DNA of 63,917 nt, filler included, from Malassezia furfur (GCA_052055015.1; 5 parts of 5 records of this genome joined end to end with filler, not necessarily neighbours in it), one strand, 5' to 3'; positions 1 through 12,624 are shown, counted from the whole stretch's first letter. Made by a program: numbers and translations. The notes: generated by a model from the letters alone, not told the origin.

Positions 1-1644
1 ACCGTCGCCCTCGGCGGAGACGCCCGTCGCAAACGACGCGGCCTCGTCGGCGGCCTGCAGCGACAGCGCCTGCACGTCGGCCGCGGGCGGCGGCGCCTCG
101 TCCATGCCCGCGCCCTGCGTCACGTTGCTCCGCCACGACAGCACCGCGTCAAACTTCTCCCGCAGGTGCGAGTCGAGGTCCGCCGCGCGGCCGAGCGGCG
201 CATAGATGTGCTCCTGCGCACACAGGCTCCCGGGGCCGTAGCACAGGTGCAGGATGCCCTCCCACCCGAACGCCTGCGCCATCGCACACGACAGGATCGC
301 GGGCAGCGCATCGTTCACGTCGCGGTTCCACGCGGGCTCGCGCTGCTGCGCGCCGGGCTGCAGCACACACGCCGAGCCGGCACGCAGCAGCGACAGCAGA
401 TCCTCGCCGTCGGCGACGTCCGGCACGTCGTCGTCCAGCGCGGGCGTCGTGCCGCGCCGCGCCGACGACTGCTCCCCCGCCGACTCCCACAGCGAGTCCT
501 CCTCCACCCGGCCCAGCTCGCTGTGCCCGGCCGTGGTCGGCGCCGCACGCGCCGCATGGCTCCCGCTGGAGTTGCGCCGCGCGCCCACCGGCCACGCACG
601 CTCCGCGTCGCGCCGGTCCACCTCGTCGTCCGAGTCGACCGCCTCGGCGTTCTCGGGCGCATACGGATCAAGCGCCTCGCTGCCGGGGCGCATCCACTCG
701 CGGGGGGGCGTCGTGCCGAGCGCCTGCGTGTGGCTCCCACGCCGCAGGTGGCGGTCCAGCATGCGGTTCACAAACGAGCGCCGCGCACCGCTGGACACGG
801 GCGTCTCGGGCACCGGCGCCTCGTCGAGGCCCGGGCCGCCCGCGGCCCCGGCATGCGTCTCGCCCTCTTCCCCGCCGATCCGCGTAAACGCCAGCGACGA
901 GCCCCCGCGCTTGCGCCGCACGCCCGGTGGCGGCGGCGCCAGGTGCACACTGTGCAAGTCCAAACGCACATGGAACGGCACACACCGCGCATGGTCGTCG
1001 TCCGGCGGCGCGACCCACAGCTCGTACATCTCGGTCGGTGTGCCCGCCTCGGACGCGGCCACACGCCGCGAGCCACGGCGCACCGTGCCAAAGAAGGAGC
1101 GCGGCAGCGGCGGCACGGACGCCTCCGGCGAGCGCGCATGGCCGCCGGCCGGCAGCGACGGACGCCGCGTCCACTGCATCCGGCGCGAGAAACGGTGCGG
1201 CGCCACAAACGAGCTCCGCCGCTCCACGCCGCTGCCCGACGCATCGCGCTCATGGTGCATCGACGTGGCCGGGCCACGCTCGTCCGCGGGCGAGGTGCGC
1301 CCGCCGTCGTCGGTCGTCGACAGTCGCGCGTCAAAGAAGCGACGCAGCGTCGAAAAGTGCGCGTCGGGGTCGGCCGCGTCCAGCTGCACAAAAATCTTGG
1401 CCCAGCACGCGACCGCGTGCTGGAACGACTCGGTCTGCAGCTCACGCGCAATCACGGGCCACGGCTGCACATCGCACGGCGTCAGCTCCGGCTGGAGCCG
1501 CATGCCCTGGCCGGCACTCAGCTCGTCTTCCGAGTCGCTCGTCTCCTCGTCACCCGCAGGCGCCACGGCATAGCTCAGGATCGGTAGCGGCTCCAAATAG
1601 CACGGGAAGCCCGCCGTAAAGAACGACTGGGCCGCGTCGCCCAT
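1..1644 (-). CDS. Hypothetical protein, >548 aa, 3'-truncated by the window edge (absent from the ORF track because it has no stop)
   Basis: Open frame from ATG 1644 (MGDAAQSFFTAGFPCYLEPLPILSY...) to base 1 with GC3-rich codons; the + strand ORFs here are its antisense shadows. Confidence 0.7.
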   Translation of the reverse strand, partial: MGDAAQSFFTAGFPCYLEPLPILSYAVAPAGDEETSDSEDELSAGQGMRLQPELTPCDVQPWPVIARELQTESFQHAVACWAKIFVQLDAADPDAHFSTLRRFFDARLSTTDDGGRTSPADERGPATSMHHERDASGSGVERRSSFVAPHRFSRRMQWTRRPSLPAGGHARSPEASVPPLPRSFFGTVRRGSRRVAASEAGTPTEMYELWVAPPDDDHARCVPFHVRLDLHSVHLAPPPPGVRRKRGGSSLAFTRIGGEEGETHAGAAGGPGLDEAPVPETPVSSGARRSFVNRMLDRHLRRGSHTQALGTTPPREWMRPGSEALDPYAPENAEAVDSDDEVDRRDAERAWPVGARRNSSGSHAARAAPTTAGHSELGRVEEDSLWESAGEQSSARRGTTPALDDDVPDVADGEDLLSLLRAGSACVLQPGAQQREPAWNRDVNDALPAILSCAMAQAFGWEGILHLCYGPGSLCAQEHIYAPLGRAADLDSHLREKFDAVLSWRSNVTQGAGMDEAPPPAADVQALSLQAADEAASFATGVSAEGDG

Positions 1645-1914
1645 CGTGTCGTCGTGTCGCCGTCCACCGGGGATCGGCGCCCCAGCTCCGGTCATGGCAA
1701 CCCAAGCGAGCCTCTGCATGCTTAGGTAATTGGACCCTGGGTCGTGGGGAGCGCGCGCGCCCGTTGGTTTGGCGCCTATGCATGTCGATCCTGTTGCTTA
1801 GGGTGCCATCCAGCTCTCGCCTCCTGTCCGTTGCGCATTGTTTTGCAATTAGAGACATCTATGAAACGATGCGGAAACCGCCCAGCCCATTCCCGTAATG
1901 ATTTTTTATGCAGT

Positions 1915-4368
1915 CTATGCAGCCTGACCCAGCTCCAGAGGCGTGCCAGTGAAGGCCTGCCCGTCAGGGAGCTGAATGTACGGGGTACCATTGTAGTCCG
2001 CCGTGTTCTGCCACGCCGAGTTACCCCACCATCCGCTGTTAAGGAAGTCCTCGTTCGGTCCCTTGGGATATTGCAAGGTGAAGAAAATAAAGGCAGTGGC
2101 AACCGCAGAAGCGGCATTCAGCGCCGCCGAGAGGATATAGTTGTACTTGGACCACATGACCGAGTTCTTGCGCTTCCATACGAATTGCGTGAAGAAACCG
2201 ATAAGAATGGCAGGAAGGTAGTTGACACCAGTCGCAGGGGGAATGTTGCCCGTACCGGTGAAGATGACCGGCATGTTGACCAAGTGCCAGCCACTCTTGG
2301 GGTATTTCCTGGCAAGCAGGTAGACAGGGATAGGGGCCAACGCGCCGAACAGGAAGCCGTACATCAGATGGGCGTAGTGACGACCAATGCTAAACGACTT
2401 AGCCGGACCGATCAGACCCCAAATAATACTGGCCGTACCAAACACCTTGTACGACGCACAATTGAACTTGTCAATCTGGTGAGGATCGCAAATATTGTCG
2501 ATGTTGTCAAATGCCCACGCCTGCACAGCCAGCTGCACGACACCACCGACCGCCGTAGCGTAGACTTGTGCCATAAACACCGAGCGCGGCGGTACCTTCA
2601 TGTAGTGCGCAAGCTTCTGGTCTTGAATGAACTGAATGCCTTGGTAGGTGATCATATACATGGTCGTCTTGAAGATCATCATCGCGATGGGGTGACCAGG
2701 GTTCATGAAGCCAATAATCAGCTCCGAGATCATGTTCAAACCGACTTCCATGTTCGACAGCGCCATAATGACACCAATTGGGATAATGAAAACCGCACCG
2801 ATCACAATCGCCAGGACGAAATGGCCCGCATTCATACCCGTGTCCCATCCATGGATCGCACCAACGCCCATGCCAAAGGCTGCCAAGAACAGGGCTAAGT
2901 ACCACAAGTAGGGCGCCTCCTTGTAATTGCTCATAAGGCGGTTGTGAATGTCCGTGGACGCCATCGGCGCGGCACGCAGTTGGCGATAGAGCGACTTGCC
3001 GTGGAACAAGCCCACATGGACCAAAACACCCGTGACCGAAGCAAAAGACAGCATGTAGCTGATCGTTAGGGCCGACGGGAGATAAAGAAGAGAGTAATTG
3101 TTGTATTTCTCAGCGTTGAACACCATGCCTCCGCCCGGCAGCTTGTCAACCACGTTTGCCACGACATAAGACTGTCCGAAACGATCGAACGACCCCGTCG
3201 AGAACATCGGGAGGTATTTGCCATACCACGAGTCCACGTAATAGTACACAAAGGGACACGCGATGACGAAGAAGACGATAAAGCCACCGAGGAGATTCGC
3301 CAGCGACCACCACGGGGTTGCCAATGGGTCAACGACGTATCCAATTACCGTCCAGTCGAACGTGAGCGGCAGCAGACTGAGACCGCTTTGTGTACCAAGC
3401 ATCTGGTTCAAAATGACATTGTTCGGTGCTGCAACACAGAACCAGTTGCCGATACTCAGCATCGTGAAGATGTAGGTCGGGAAGAATTGGTAGAAGAAAA
3501 GGAACGTAAACGCAATCCAGAAGAACTTGTACCGAGACATGCCAGTGAATTCCGTCGCGCCCGTGGGCTTGATATTGTGCAGGGAGTTGAGGAGCGTCGC
3601 TTTTGGGAGATTGTTGGGCCAGATCATAGCCGACGGCCAGACCAGGAAACGCCGACAGAACGAAGCAAAGGCAAGACCCAGAAGCTGCGTGCTGAGAACC
3701 AAGAGCACGCCATAGCCAAAGCCATAATCACCAACACGGAGCGTGAATCGTTGCACGGCAGGAATACCGGCAGCGTAGGCCGACTGGTACGACATCAGCG
3801 CCATGATCGAGATAAGCGAGTGCTCCTTGACATTAAAGGGGCCCGGGTTGAACGAGAAATTGCCAAGGCGCGTGCTAAACGTGTGCTTCGGAAGGACCCA
3901 TGCCAAAAAGGTTCCCATGGGGTACACGAAGATCGTCACGACGTAACCCGAAATCGTCGTACTGGGGTAACGAAGGTACAAGAATTGGTTCAGACCCGGC
4001 ACGACAATCACCGCAATGGTCCCCAGGAACCATGCACGGAACGTGTTGACGGGCATCGTTGGGTCATCCACGTTGCTAACCGCTGCGCGGACTTCAACGT
4101 ATGGCGAGTCCTCTTCAATCATGTGCCCAAGTGTCACCTCATGCTTGACATCGCCCGTCTCAAGAGCCTTCTCCGCATCGTGGACAAGGTTGGTGTCCAT
4201 GTTGGGGTCATCGATGCGGTCATCCACAATATCCTCTAGCTCGTGCTCGGCTTGCGCAATTTCGTGCGTGTTGAGGTCGGCAGGGTTGACCTCTTCCGCA
4301 GCCCTCTCCACGGCCGGCGAATGGTAGAAGTACTCATCCGCCGGGACTTCAGCTTTCTCGTCCGCCAT
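1915..4368 (-). CDS. OPT-family oligopeptide/glutathione transporter (copy A), intronless
   Basis: SPYxEVRAAVSNxDDP, NPGPFNVKEH and KLAHYMKVPPR motifs; many TM helices; 817 aa. Confidence 0.95.
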   Translation of the reverse strand: MADEKAEVPADEYFYHSPAVERAAEEVNPADLNTHEIAQAEHELEDIVDDRIDDPNMDTNLVHDAEKALETGDVKHEVTLGHMIEEDSPYVEVRAAVSNVDDPTMPVNTFRAWFLGTIAVIVVPGLNQFLYLRYPSTTISGYVVTIFVYPMGTFLAWVLPKHTFSTRLGNFSFNPGPFNVKEHSLISIMALMSYQSAYAAGIPAVQRFTLRVGDYGFGYGVLLVLSTQLLGLAFASFCRRFLVWPSAMIWPNNLPKATLLNSLHNIKPTGATEFTGMSRYKFFWIAFTFLFFYQFFPTYIFTMLSIGNWFCVAAPNNVILNQMLGTQSGLSLLPLTFDWTVIGYVVDPLATPWWSLANLLGGFIVFFVIACPFVYYYVDSWYGKYLPMFSTGSFDRFGQSYVVANVVDKLPGGGMVFNAEKYNNYSLLYLPSALTISYMLSFASVTGVLVHVGLFHGKSLYRQLRAAPMASTDIHNRLMSNYKEAPYLWYLALFLAAFGMGVGAIHGWDTGMNAGHFVLAIVIGAVFIIPIGVIMALSNMEVGLNMISELIIGFMNPGHPIAMMIFKTTMYMITYQGIQFIQDQKLAHYMKVPPRSVFMAQVYATAVGGVVQLAVQAWAFDNIDNICDPHQIDKFNCASYKVFGTASIIWGLIGPAKSFSIGRHYAHLMYGFLFGALAPIPVYLLARKYPKSGWHLVNMPVIFTGTGNIPPATGVNYLPAILIGFFTQFVWKRKNSVMWSKYNYILSAALNAASAVATAFIFFTLQYPKGPNEDFLNSGWWGNSAWQNTADYNGTPYIQLPDGQAFTGTPLELGQAA

Positions 4369-4478
4369 ATTGAAAAAAGGTAGAGCGAAACGGACCGCTT
4401 GCTCGAAGCAATAGCTTATTACGGGCTTTTAAAGACCTAGACACCCTCGACTTTCGATAGCAGTTATGCACCCCATCG

Positions 4479-4491
4479 TATCAAACTGATA
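4479..4491. promoter_or_regulatory. Inverted GATA pair TATCAaacTGATA upstream of OPT copy A
   Basis: About 111 bp upstream of the ATG; a near-identical element lies at the same distance in copy B. Confidence 0.45.
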
Positions 4492-4864
4492 ACATGGCGT
4501 ACAGTTTAGTCAGCTTATCTCCCTCGATTTGCTCATTCGAGTGATATGCGCAGCACACTGACGCCCCTGAGCCTAAAATGTGCCAATCCACGTACGCACT
4601 TAATGACGCGCAATGCGGGGCGTACATAATAAGATTAGCGGATAGGATTGGTTGGCCATCCTACGCTTGGCATATCGTCGGTTCTGATTGCGACAAACAT
4701 TGTAAATCTGTTGCTCACGCAAAAAACCTCTTCGGGCATCTATGCACTCAGAAGATGTCGATTTAGCTTATTGAAACCCGATGCCATTCCAAAAAAAATG
4801 TTTCTCGTCACTTAGTCGCTGAATCTTTTCATTCTTCGATCGTATGATGGGAGAAAAAAAAGGG

Positions 4865-7315
4865 TCACGCCATTTGTCCTAGTTCCTTCGGTGTTCCAGT
4901 AAACGCCACACCATCGGGCAGTTGAATGTAAGGTAAGGCGTTGGCATCCGCCGTGTTCTGCCAAGCGGTGTTACCCCACCAGCCGTTGTCCAGGAAATCA
5001 TTGTTAGGGCCGCTGGGATATTGCAGAGTGAAAAAGATGAATACCGTGGCAATGGACGACGCCGAGGCAAGTGAGGCGGATAAGATATAATTGTATTTGG
5101 ACCAAGAGACAGGTCCACGTCGCTTCCACAGGTATTGTGTAAAGAATCCGACAATGGTCGGTGCAATAAACATGTAGCCTGTGGCCGGAGGGATTCCGCC
5201 GGTTGAGCTGAAGAGCGCAGGCATGTTCACATAGCGCCAGATACTCTTCGGGTACTTCTTGGCGAGCAGCCAAAACGGAATGGGCGCGAGTGCTCCCATC
5301 AGGAAACCATACGTCAGTGTGTGATAATGGCGTCCAATGCTGAACGTCTTGGCAGGGCCAATAAGACCCCAAATAATACTTGCCGTACCAAACACTTTGG
5401 TCGATGCACACGTAAATTTGTCGGGTTGGTCCGCCGTGCAAATGCCTTTGATGTTCGACAGTGTCCACATTTGCACAGCCAGTTGAACTAAACCACCGAC
5501 AATGGTCGCATACACTTGGGCGGTGAAAACTGACCTGGGTGGGATCTTCATGTAATGGCCCAGTTTTTGGTCGGAGATGAATGAAATGCCCTGCGCTGTA
5601 ATCATATACATGGTCGTCTTGAAAATCATCATGGAAATCGGATGTCCTGGATTTAGATAACCGATAATAAGTTCAGCAATCATGTTAAGCCCGACCTCCT
5701 GGTTTGAAAGTGCCGTCACAACGCCAACAGGTACCAGGAAGATGGCTCCAAGTACAATTGCCAAAACGAAATGACCAGCATTCATACCCGTTTCCCAACC
5801 ATGGATTCCACCCACACCCATGGCAAAGGATCCCAAGAACAAAATAAGATACCAAAGGTAAGGTGTCTCCTTATAGTTGCTCATCAATCGGTTGTGAATG
5901 TCCGCGTAAGCTGCAGGGTCCGAGCGGAACTGACGCCAAAGCGACTTTCCATTAAACAGAGCAGCGTGCACGAAGACACTGGTGACGGAAGCAAAAGACA
6001 GCATGTAGCTGATGGCAAGAGCAGAAGGCACATAGAGGAGAGAGTAGTCATTGTATTTCTCCGCGTTGAACACAAGACCACCACCGGGAAGCTGGTCCAC
6101 CACTTGATGAACTTCGTAAATTTGTCCAAATCGATCGTACGTTGCCGTGGAGAACATTGGAAGATACTTGCCATACCAAGATCCCGTGCAGTAATAGACA
6201 AGCGGACAGGCAATCACGAAGAAAATGACGAACCCAACAAACGAGTTCACCAACGACCACCAGGGCGTCGCCAAAGGGTCAATAGCATAAGAAATCACTG
6301 TCCAATCAAATGTGAATGGCAGGAGACCGAGACCACTTTGCGTCCCAAGCACTTGGTTCAGGATGACGTTGTCCGGTGCAATCAAGCAGAACCAGTTTCC
6401 AATACTCAGCATCGTAAAAATGTAGGTCGGGAAAAACTGATACATGAAGAAGATGCCAGCCGTAATCCAGAAAAATTTGTACCGGGACATCCCCGTATAG
6501 GTAATCCCTCCGGTAGTCTTCACGCTGTGCAGTGAGTTAAGGAGTGTACAAGTGGGTAGGTTTGAAGGCCAAATCATTGAGGAGGGCCAGACGAGGAAGC
6601 GTCTCGTCAGATTTGCGAAAGAGAGACCAACAAGCTGTGTGCTGAGGATGATGAGGATACCATAACCATAACCATAGTCCGGGAGATTATATGTGACTTT
6701 CTGTACGGCCGGGATCTGAGCTCCATATGCGGATGATGCAGACATCATTGTCATAAGGGAGATCAATGTATGTTCTTTGACGTTGAAGGGTCCAGGGTTC
6801 AGCGAGAAGCTTCCGAGAGGTGTCTTGAACTGATGTCTCGGCAGGGCCCACGCCAAGAACTTGCCCATCGGATAGACAACGACGATGACACAATAAGCGC
6901 CGACTCCTGTGGTAGGGTAACGAAAGTAAAGGAACTGGTTCAAGCCAGGTACCACAATGCTCACGATAGTACCCAGGAACCACGCGCGGAACGTATTGAC
7001 CGGCATAGTAGGATCATCCACGTTGCTCACTGCAGCCCGAACTTCGATATAAGGCGAATCTTCTTCAATAAGATGTCCTAATGTGACTTCAGCCTTTGCG
7101 TCTCCCGTTTCGAGAGCCTGCTCTGCGTCATGAACGAGATTGTTGTCCATATTAGGATCATCAAGCTGTTCATGGACGATTTCTTCCAGTTCATGTTTGG
7201 CTTGCTCAACTTCAAGAGGATTCATCGAAGATTGCGGTTCAGCTTCTGCTCCGGCCATGTCGGGCGCATGGTAGAAGTAGTCTTCCACCCCCAACTCGGG
7301 TTTCTCGTCCGCCAT
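4865..7315 (-). CDS. OPT-family oligopeptide/glutathione transporter (copy B, tandem paralogue)
   Basis: Same OPT motifs, collinear with copy A over 816 aa. Confidence 0.95.
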   Translation of the reverse strand: MADEKPELGVEDYFYHAPDMAGAEAEPQSSMNPLEVEQAKHELEEIVHEQLDDPNMDNNLVHDAEQALETGDAKAEVTLGHLIEEDSPYIEVRAAVSNVDDPTMPVNTFRAWFLGTIVSIVVPGLNQFLYFRYPTTGVGAYCVIVVVYPMGKFLAWALPRHQFKTPLGSFSLNPGPFNVKEHTLISLMTMMSASSAYGAQIPAVQKVTYNLPDYGYGYGILIILSTQLVGLSFANLTRRFLVWPSSMIWPSNLPTCTLLNSLHSVKTTGGITYTGMSRYKFFWITAGIFFMYQFFPTYIFTMLSIGNWFCLIAPDNVILNQVLGTQSGLGLLPFTFDWTVISYAIDPLATPWWSLVNSFVGFVIFFVIACPLVYYCTGSWYGKYLPMFSTATYDRFGQIYEVHQVVDQLPGGGLVFNAEKYNDYSLLYVPSALAISYMLSFASVTSVFVHAALFNGKSLWRQFRSDPAAYADIHNRLMSNYKETPYLWYLILFLGSFAMGVGGIHGWETGMNAGHFVLAIVLGAIFLVPVGVVTALSNQEVGLNMIAELIIGYLNPGHPISMMIFKTTMYMITAQGISFISDQKLGHYMKIPPRSVFTAQVYATIVGGLVQLAVQMWTLSNIKGICTADQPDKFTCASTKVFGTASIIWGLIGPAKTFSIGRHYHTLTYGFLMGALAPIPFWLLAKKYPKSIWRYVNMPALFSSTGGIPPATGYMFIAPTIVGFFTQYLWKRRGPVSWSKYNYILSASLASASSIATVFIFFTLQYPSGPNNDFLDNGWWGNTAWQNTADANALPYIQLPDGVAFTGTPKELGQMA

Positions 7316-7430
7316 GACTGGTAGAGCAGTAGGGCGTTGGACCTTGGAAAGGTAAAGTGCGAGAATCCCCCGTGCCGGTATTTAAAGCATTATTTCGCAA
7401 CTCCGTAGATAGCTGGTTCACAGCACCTCA

Positions 7431-7442
7431 TATCAACTGATA
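7431..7442. promoter_or_regulatory. Inverted GATA pair TATCAacTGATA upstream of OPT copy B
   Basis: About 116 bp upstream of the ATG; more GATA sites near 7643-7710. Confidence 0.45.
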
Positions 7443-8081
7443 GCGCCTATCCCTTACGGGGCGCAAAGGGATCCATTCCTCACATGTAAATCACGCCGTT
7501 CGACAGCCGGGTGAGTTTAATTCCCTAGATTGCGGTAAATTCATTGCGCCGAATCTAGCCAATTAATTTCATACCGCACGTTTAATTCGTCCGGAATACA
7601 GAGACCCCTCCGCATCCCGCGCAGCAGGTGCGCAGTTCATTTGATAAGTCACGCACTCGAACGGTCTCATGGCTTGATATCGAAAGGGGTGGTATGACAT
7701 AAGCTGATACGCTCGAGTACATTTGCAATCGTGTGCAATGCATGTTGGTGTATTCGCTGTCGACTTCATGGGGATATTGAGAGATCCGAGCTTTTCCTCC
7801 AAGATGTACTCTTCCTGTCATAATGTGGTGCAATCAACCTTGCAAAACATTATTTCATAACATATTCCGTCATTAATTTCATCTATGATGACATCCGTGC
7901 TCTTGTCGGGTCTCACGATGTGTGAAGATCAAAAGGTGTAAAGTCAAGGAAGCCGAAGCGTGTAAAAGTTCGGTCGTTCCTAGGTAATGCCTGTTGATAC
8001 CATTTCTGTTTATTCGAATCCTGGTAAGAAGAAAAGTAGAACGCAATATTTGCTGTTGCGGTGCGAGTGCCTAAGGAAACA

Positions 8082-9203
<1,122 letters not shown>

Positions 9204-9774
9204 CTAGATCAGATTCGTGGCTACGACGTCGTTGGCTACATCAAGGGACGTCTCGGCAAAGTTGGCCAGAACGTGACACTGGGTACCGCGTTTGGACCAG
9301 TTACATGGTGTGCCTGGCGAATCGCAGACCAGTAGCCTATTTTAGGTACGGTAAGCGTGGAGATTGGACCAATTATTTAATGGTTCGTATGTATTATGTG
9401 CCGGGCCCTGAGCGAGGGTGGGGTGAATCTCCGCTCGCCCAAAAAGTTCAGGGACCACGGGCCAGCTACTTGGAGGAGGACCAGCTTCAAAGAAGGCGAG
9501 AATCAATAGGCACCCAATATACAAGCTTGAATAGAGGTAGCATAGACTCTTTGTTGAATTTTGCTCCTTTGTACAAATATACCTACTATGAAAACAGGTA
9601 TTCTATTGCAATGCGAATGGTTCAAGCTGGCCATGCATTTCGTGAGTCATAACATGTATTGTAAAGCTTACGTTGCGTGAATGCTATATACGAGTGCATG
9701 TCATTTGTTTGGGTCGTAGGTGAGATGTTGCGATTGTCTTGGCGCGCACCTCGCCAACCGATGTAAAAAGTTTT

Positions 9775-11070
9775 TTACGCCTTGACATTCAGAACAAGGC
9801 CAGTTTTGGAGACACGTGCTAAGACCAGGCATACCACAGTGGCCAAGACAAGCATGACGCAAAAGACTTGCGCTTTCCAAAAGCTTTTTTCTTTCACGTT
9901 TATCAAGGCACCAGCAATAGGGTTGCCCACAAGAATCCCAATACCTCCCCCAAAGAAGCAAGTACCGAGCCTCGAGCCGACGTGGTGCATATCTTTGGTC
10001 AGAGATGAAATGGTTGCTGAAGGAAGCGAAACATATGTGCCTGAACATAGCCCATAAAGGACAGCAAACACAATAATACCAGGAGTATTTTGTATTCCAA
10101 CCCATGCGCAGGCAAGAACCAGGCAAGCAAATGTAAAAGGTGTTATCACATTCAATGGCCCAATCTTGTCGGCAAGGTAGTTGGGGAATAGACGGCCCAC
10201 AATGCTGCCGGCATTCAAGATGGGAACCATGTAAAAACCGAGGTTTTCATCCATGCCAATCTTGCCGATCGCATACGTGGAAATGTAGTAGATAGGGACA
10301 TAGAGGCCCATGAATCCGAGGAAGACTGCCAACGAGAAAAATGCGAATGGAGGCTCCTTGAAGGCGCTGAATGCAAAAAACGCACGTTTGTGCGTAGGAG
10401 TAACACGAGTCCGCATCACGGCTGTGGTGATCGATAACATTCCGAGCATCATGTATCCGATAACCCGTGTCGTGTTGCCAAATCCGATGCGCCCCACAAG
10501 TCGATGGAAGACGATGGAGTAGATCACTGCGCCAAGGCTGCTTCCGCTGGCGCCTATTCCGATTGTCAATGCCCGTTTCTTCGAGAAATAAGTCGTAGTA
10601 ATCGCAACACAGGGTACAAACATGCAGCCATTGCCTACACCGACACAGACGGCCTGCGCGAGCATGACTTGCCAATATTGCTTGCAGATACTCGTCATCA
10701 TCATACCAAGCACGCTCAAGATGGTACCAACCACGAGGAGATGGCGGTTATATCCTAAGTCAAATAGGGGTCCAGCTAGTGTACCAGATATCATGAGCAA
10801 GAACCCTTGTACAGAGCCAATCCAGGAAATTCTTGATGAACCTTCCGAAGAAAGCAGATTGTTTTCGTAGTATGTCTGGAACTCACCAAAGGCATTGGCA
10901 ACACCCCATGTATTGAAAAACATGAGGAATGACCCTAAGACCTGAAGCCATGCAATGAAACCGCCGTCAGGAATCGAGTCATCGTCAGGGGGGATAACGA
11001 TCGAGTCGGACTCGTCGCTGGTCACAGAAGATTCAAGCTTCTCGTCTTTTGGCTCTTCTTGGTAGAGCAT
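9775..11070 (-). CDS. MFS monocarboxylate-porter family transporter (Mch5/MCT-like), copy A
   Basis: PDGGFIAWLQVLGSF, WGVANAFGEFQTYY, ISWIGS motifs; about 12 TM. Confidence 0.9.
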   Translation of the reverse strand: MLYQEEPKDEKLESSVTSDESDSIVIPPDDDSIPDGGFIAWLQVLGSFLMFFNTWGVANAFGEFQTYYENNLLSSEGSSRISWIGSVQGFLLMISGTLAGPLFDLGYNRHLLVVGTILSVLGMMMTSICKQYWQVMLAQAVCVGVGNGCMFVPCVAITTTYFSKKRALTIGIGASGSSLGAVIYSIVFHRLVGRIGFGNTTRVIGYMMLGMLSITTAVMRTRVTPTHKRAFFAFSAFKEPPFAFFSLAVFLGFMGLYVPIYYISTYAIGKIGMDENLGFYMVPILNAGSIVGRLFPNYLADKIGPLNVITPFTFACLVLACAWVGIQNTPGIIVFAVLYGLCSGTYVSLPSATISSLTKDMHHVGSRLGTCFFGGGIGILVGNPIAGALINVKEKSFWKAQVFCVMLVLATVVCLVLARVSKTGLVLNVKA

Positions 11071-11364
11071 GTCTCTCTGGATCGACTCCTTGGATGGCCT
11101 TTCGCACGTTTAATATGCAAGACGAAGGCCTAAATGAGTCACCGATAACCCTGTGGTTTCCAACTTGACGTTCGAAGGAGTGGAGGCACCAGCGGAGTCA
11201 TTCGTCCATGTGGCTTCCAGATAAAGCTCTATGAATGTATATAGCAATCTAGGTTTGAGGGATTCGCGCTATTCCATTCGACGAAAACTTTAATCGGGAT
11301 ATAAGGGTATATTCATTGATAGGGAATAAGCTTAATTAAGACTCATAAATTTCGAGCACCAAAA

Positions 11365-12624
11365 TTAGGTGTTGACTTTCATTCGTGTTCCAACATTGGC
11401 GATCCTTGCACAAACTGTACAAGCAAGGGCGGTGAAGACAATCACACCACAGAAAACTTCTGCTTTCCAGTACACAGGTGGGTCGGTTGTCACCAGTTGC
11501 CCTGCGACAGGGCTACCAATCAAGATACCAAGCGCGGCAAATAGGAAACACGTCCCCATGCGGGAGCCCACATGATGCAGATCGGCCGTAAGTCGCGCAA
11601 TGGCGGCGGGCGGCAGCGAAACATAGGTTCCTGAACAGAATCCGTAGAGCACCGAAAAAACAATAAGTCCTGCCACCGAGTGAATTCCTAACCATCCGAA
11701 CGCAAGTATTCCACAGGCGAACGTAAATGGTATGAGCACATTGATTGGACCCATGCGGTCGGCGAGATAGTTAGGAAGGATACGACCCAGGATGCTGCCA
11801 GCATTTAAAATAGGAACCATGTAAAAAGTCATATCTTTGCTTGCACGCAGTTTGTTGCCCGCAAAAGACGACACATAGTCAATGGGCACATATAACCCCA
11901 TGTAACCAAAAAACATGGCCGCCGTGAACCAAGCAAAGGCAGGTTCCTTGAATGCTGCTACCGCAAAAAAGGAGCGCCGCACGGTTGGAGTGATTCGGGG
12001 GCGCAGCAAAATCACCGAGACGAGCAATGTACCCAAGGCAATGTACCCGATAATCCGGAACGTTTGCGCTTCTCCCAATCGCGGCTGTAGACGATAAAAG
12101 ACAATGGAGTACACCACCGACCCAAATCCACTACCACTTGTTACAATGCCAATGGCGATGCTTCGCTTTTTGGAAAAGTAGGTGGAGATGATGGCGAGGC
12201 TCGGAGTATACAAGCACCCGCACCCAAAGCCAAAGCAAAGACCCTGGGCGAGCATGACTTGCCAGAATTCCGAGGCTATACTGGTCATAAAAATGCCCAA
12301 TAGCACAAGCACCGAGCCTGTCAGCTGCAAGGTTCGGAAATAGCCTAAATCGAGCAAAGGCCCTGAAACGATCCCGAAGCCCATCAGGATGAAGGCATCA
12401 ATCGATCCAATCCATGATATGGTAGATGCACTTACATCAGGAAACCTCGTCTGATAATAGGTCTGAAATGTACCGAACGCGTTGATGACCCCCCACGTGT
12501 TGAAAAAGTTGAGAAACGCTCCGAGAACTTGCAACCACGCTAGGAGACCTTCATCGGGAATATCCTGGTCAGCTGGAGCGCTATCTACCGAGTCGCACTC
12601 CCGCTCCTTTCCCTCAGGCTCCAT
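11365..12624 (-). CDS. MFS monocarboxylate-porter family transporter, copy B (tandem paralogue)
   Basis: PDEGLLAWLQVLG, WGVINAFGTFQTYY; collinear with copy A. Confidence 0.9.
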   Translation of the reverse strand: MEPEGKERECDSVDSAPADQDIPDEGLLAWLQVLGAFLNFFNTWGVINAFGTFQTYYQTRFPDVSASTISWIGSIDAFILMGFGIVSGPLLDLGYFRTLQLTGSVLVLLGIFMTSIASEFWQVMLAQGLCFGFGCGCLYTPSLAIISTYFSKKRSIAIGIVTSGSGFGSVVYSIVFYRLQPRLGEAQTFRIIGYIALGTLLVSVILLRPRITPTVRRSFFAVAAFKEPAFAWFTAAMFFGYMGLYVPIDYVSSFAGNKLRASKDMTFYMVPILNAGSILGRILPNYLADRMGPINVLIPFTFACGILAFGWLGIHSVAGLIVFSVLYGFCSGTYVSLPPAAIARLTADLHHVGSRMGTCFLFAALGILIGSPVAGQLVTTDPPVYWKAEVFCGVIVFTALACTVCARIANVGTRMKVNT

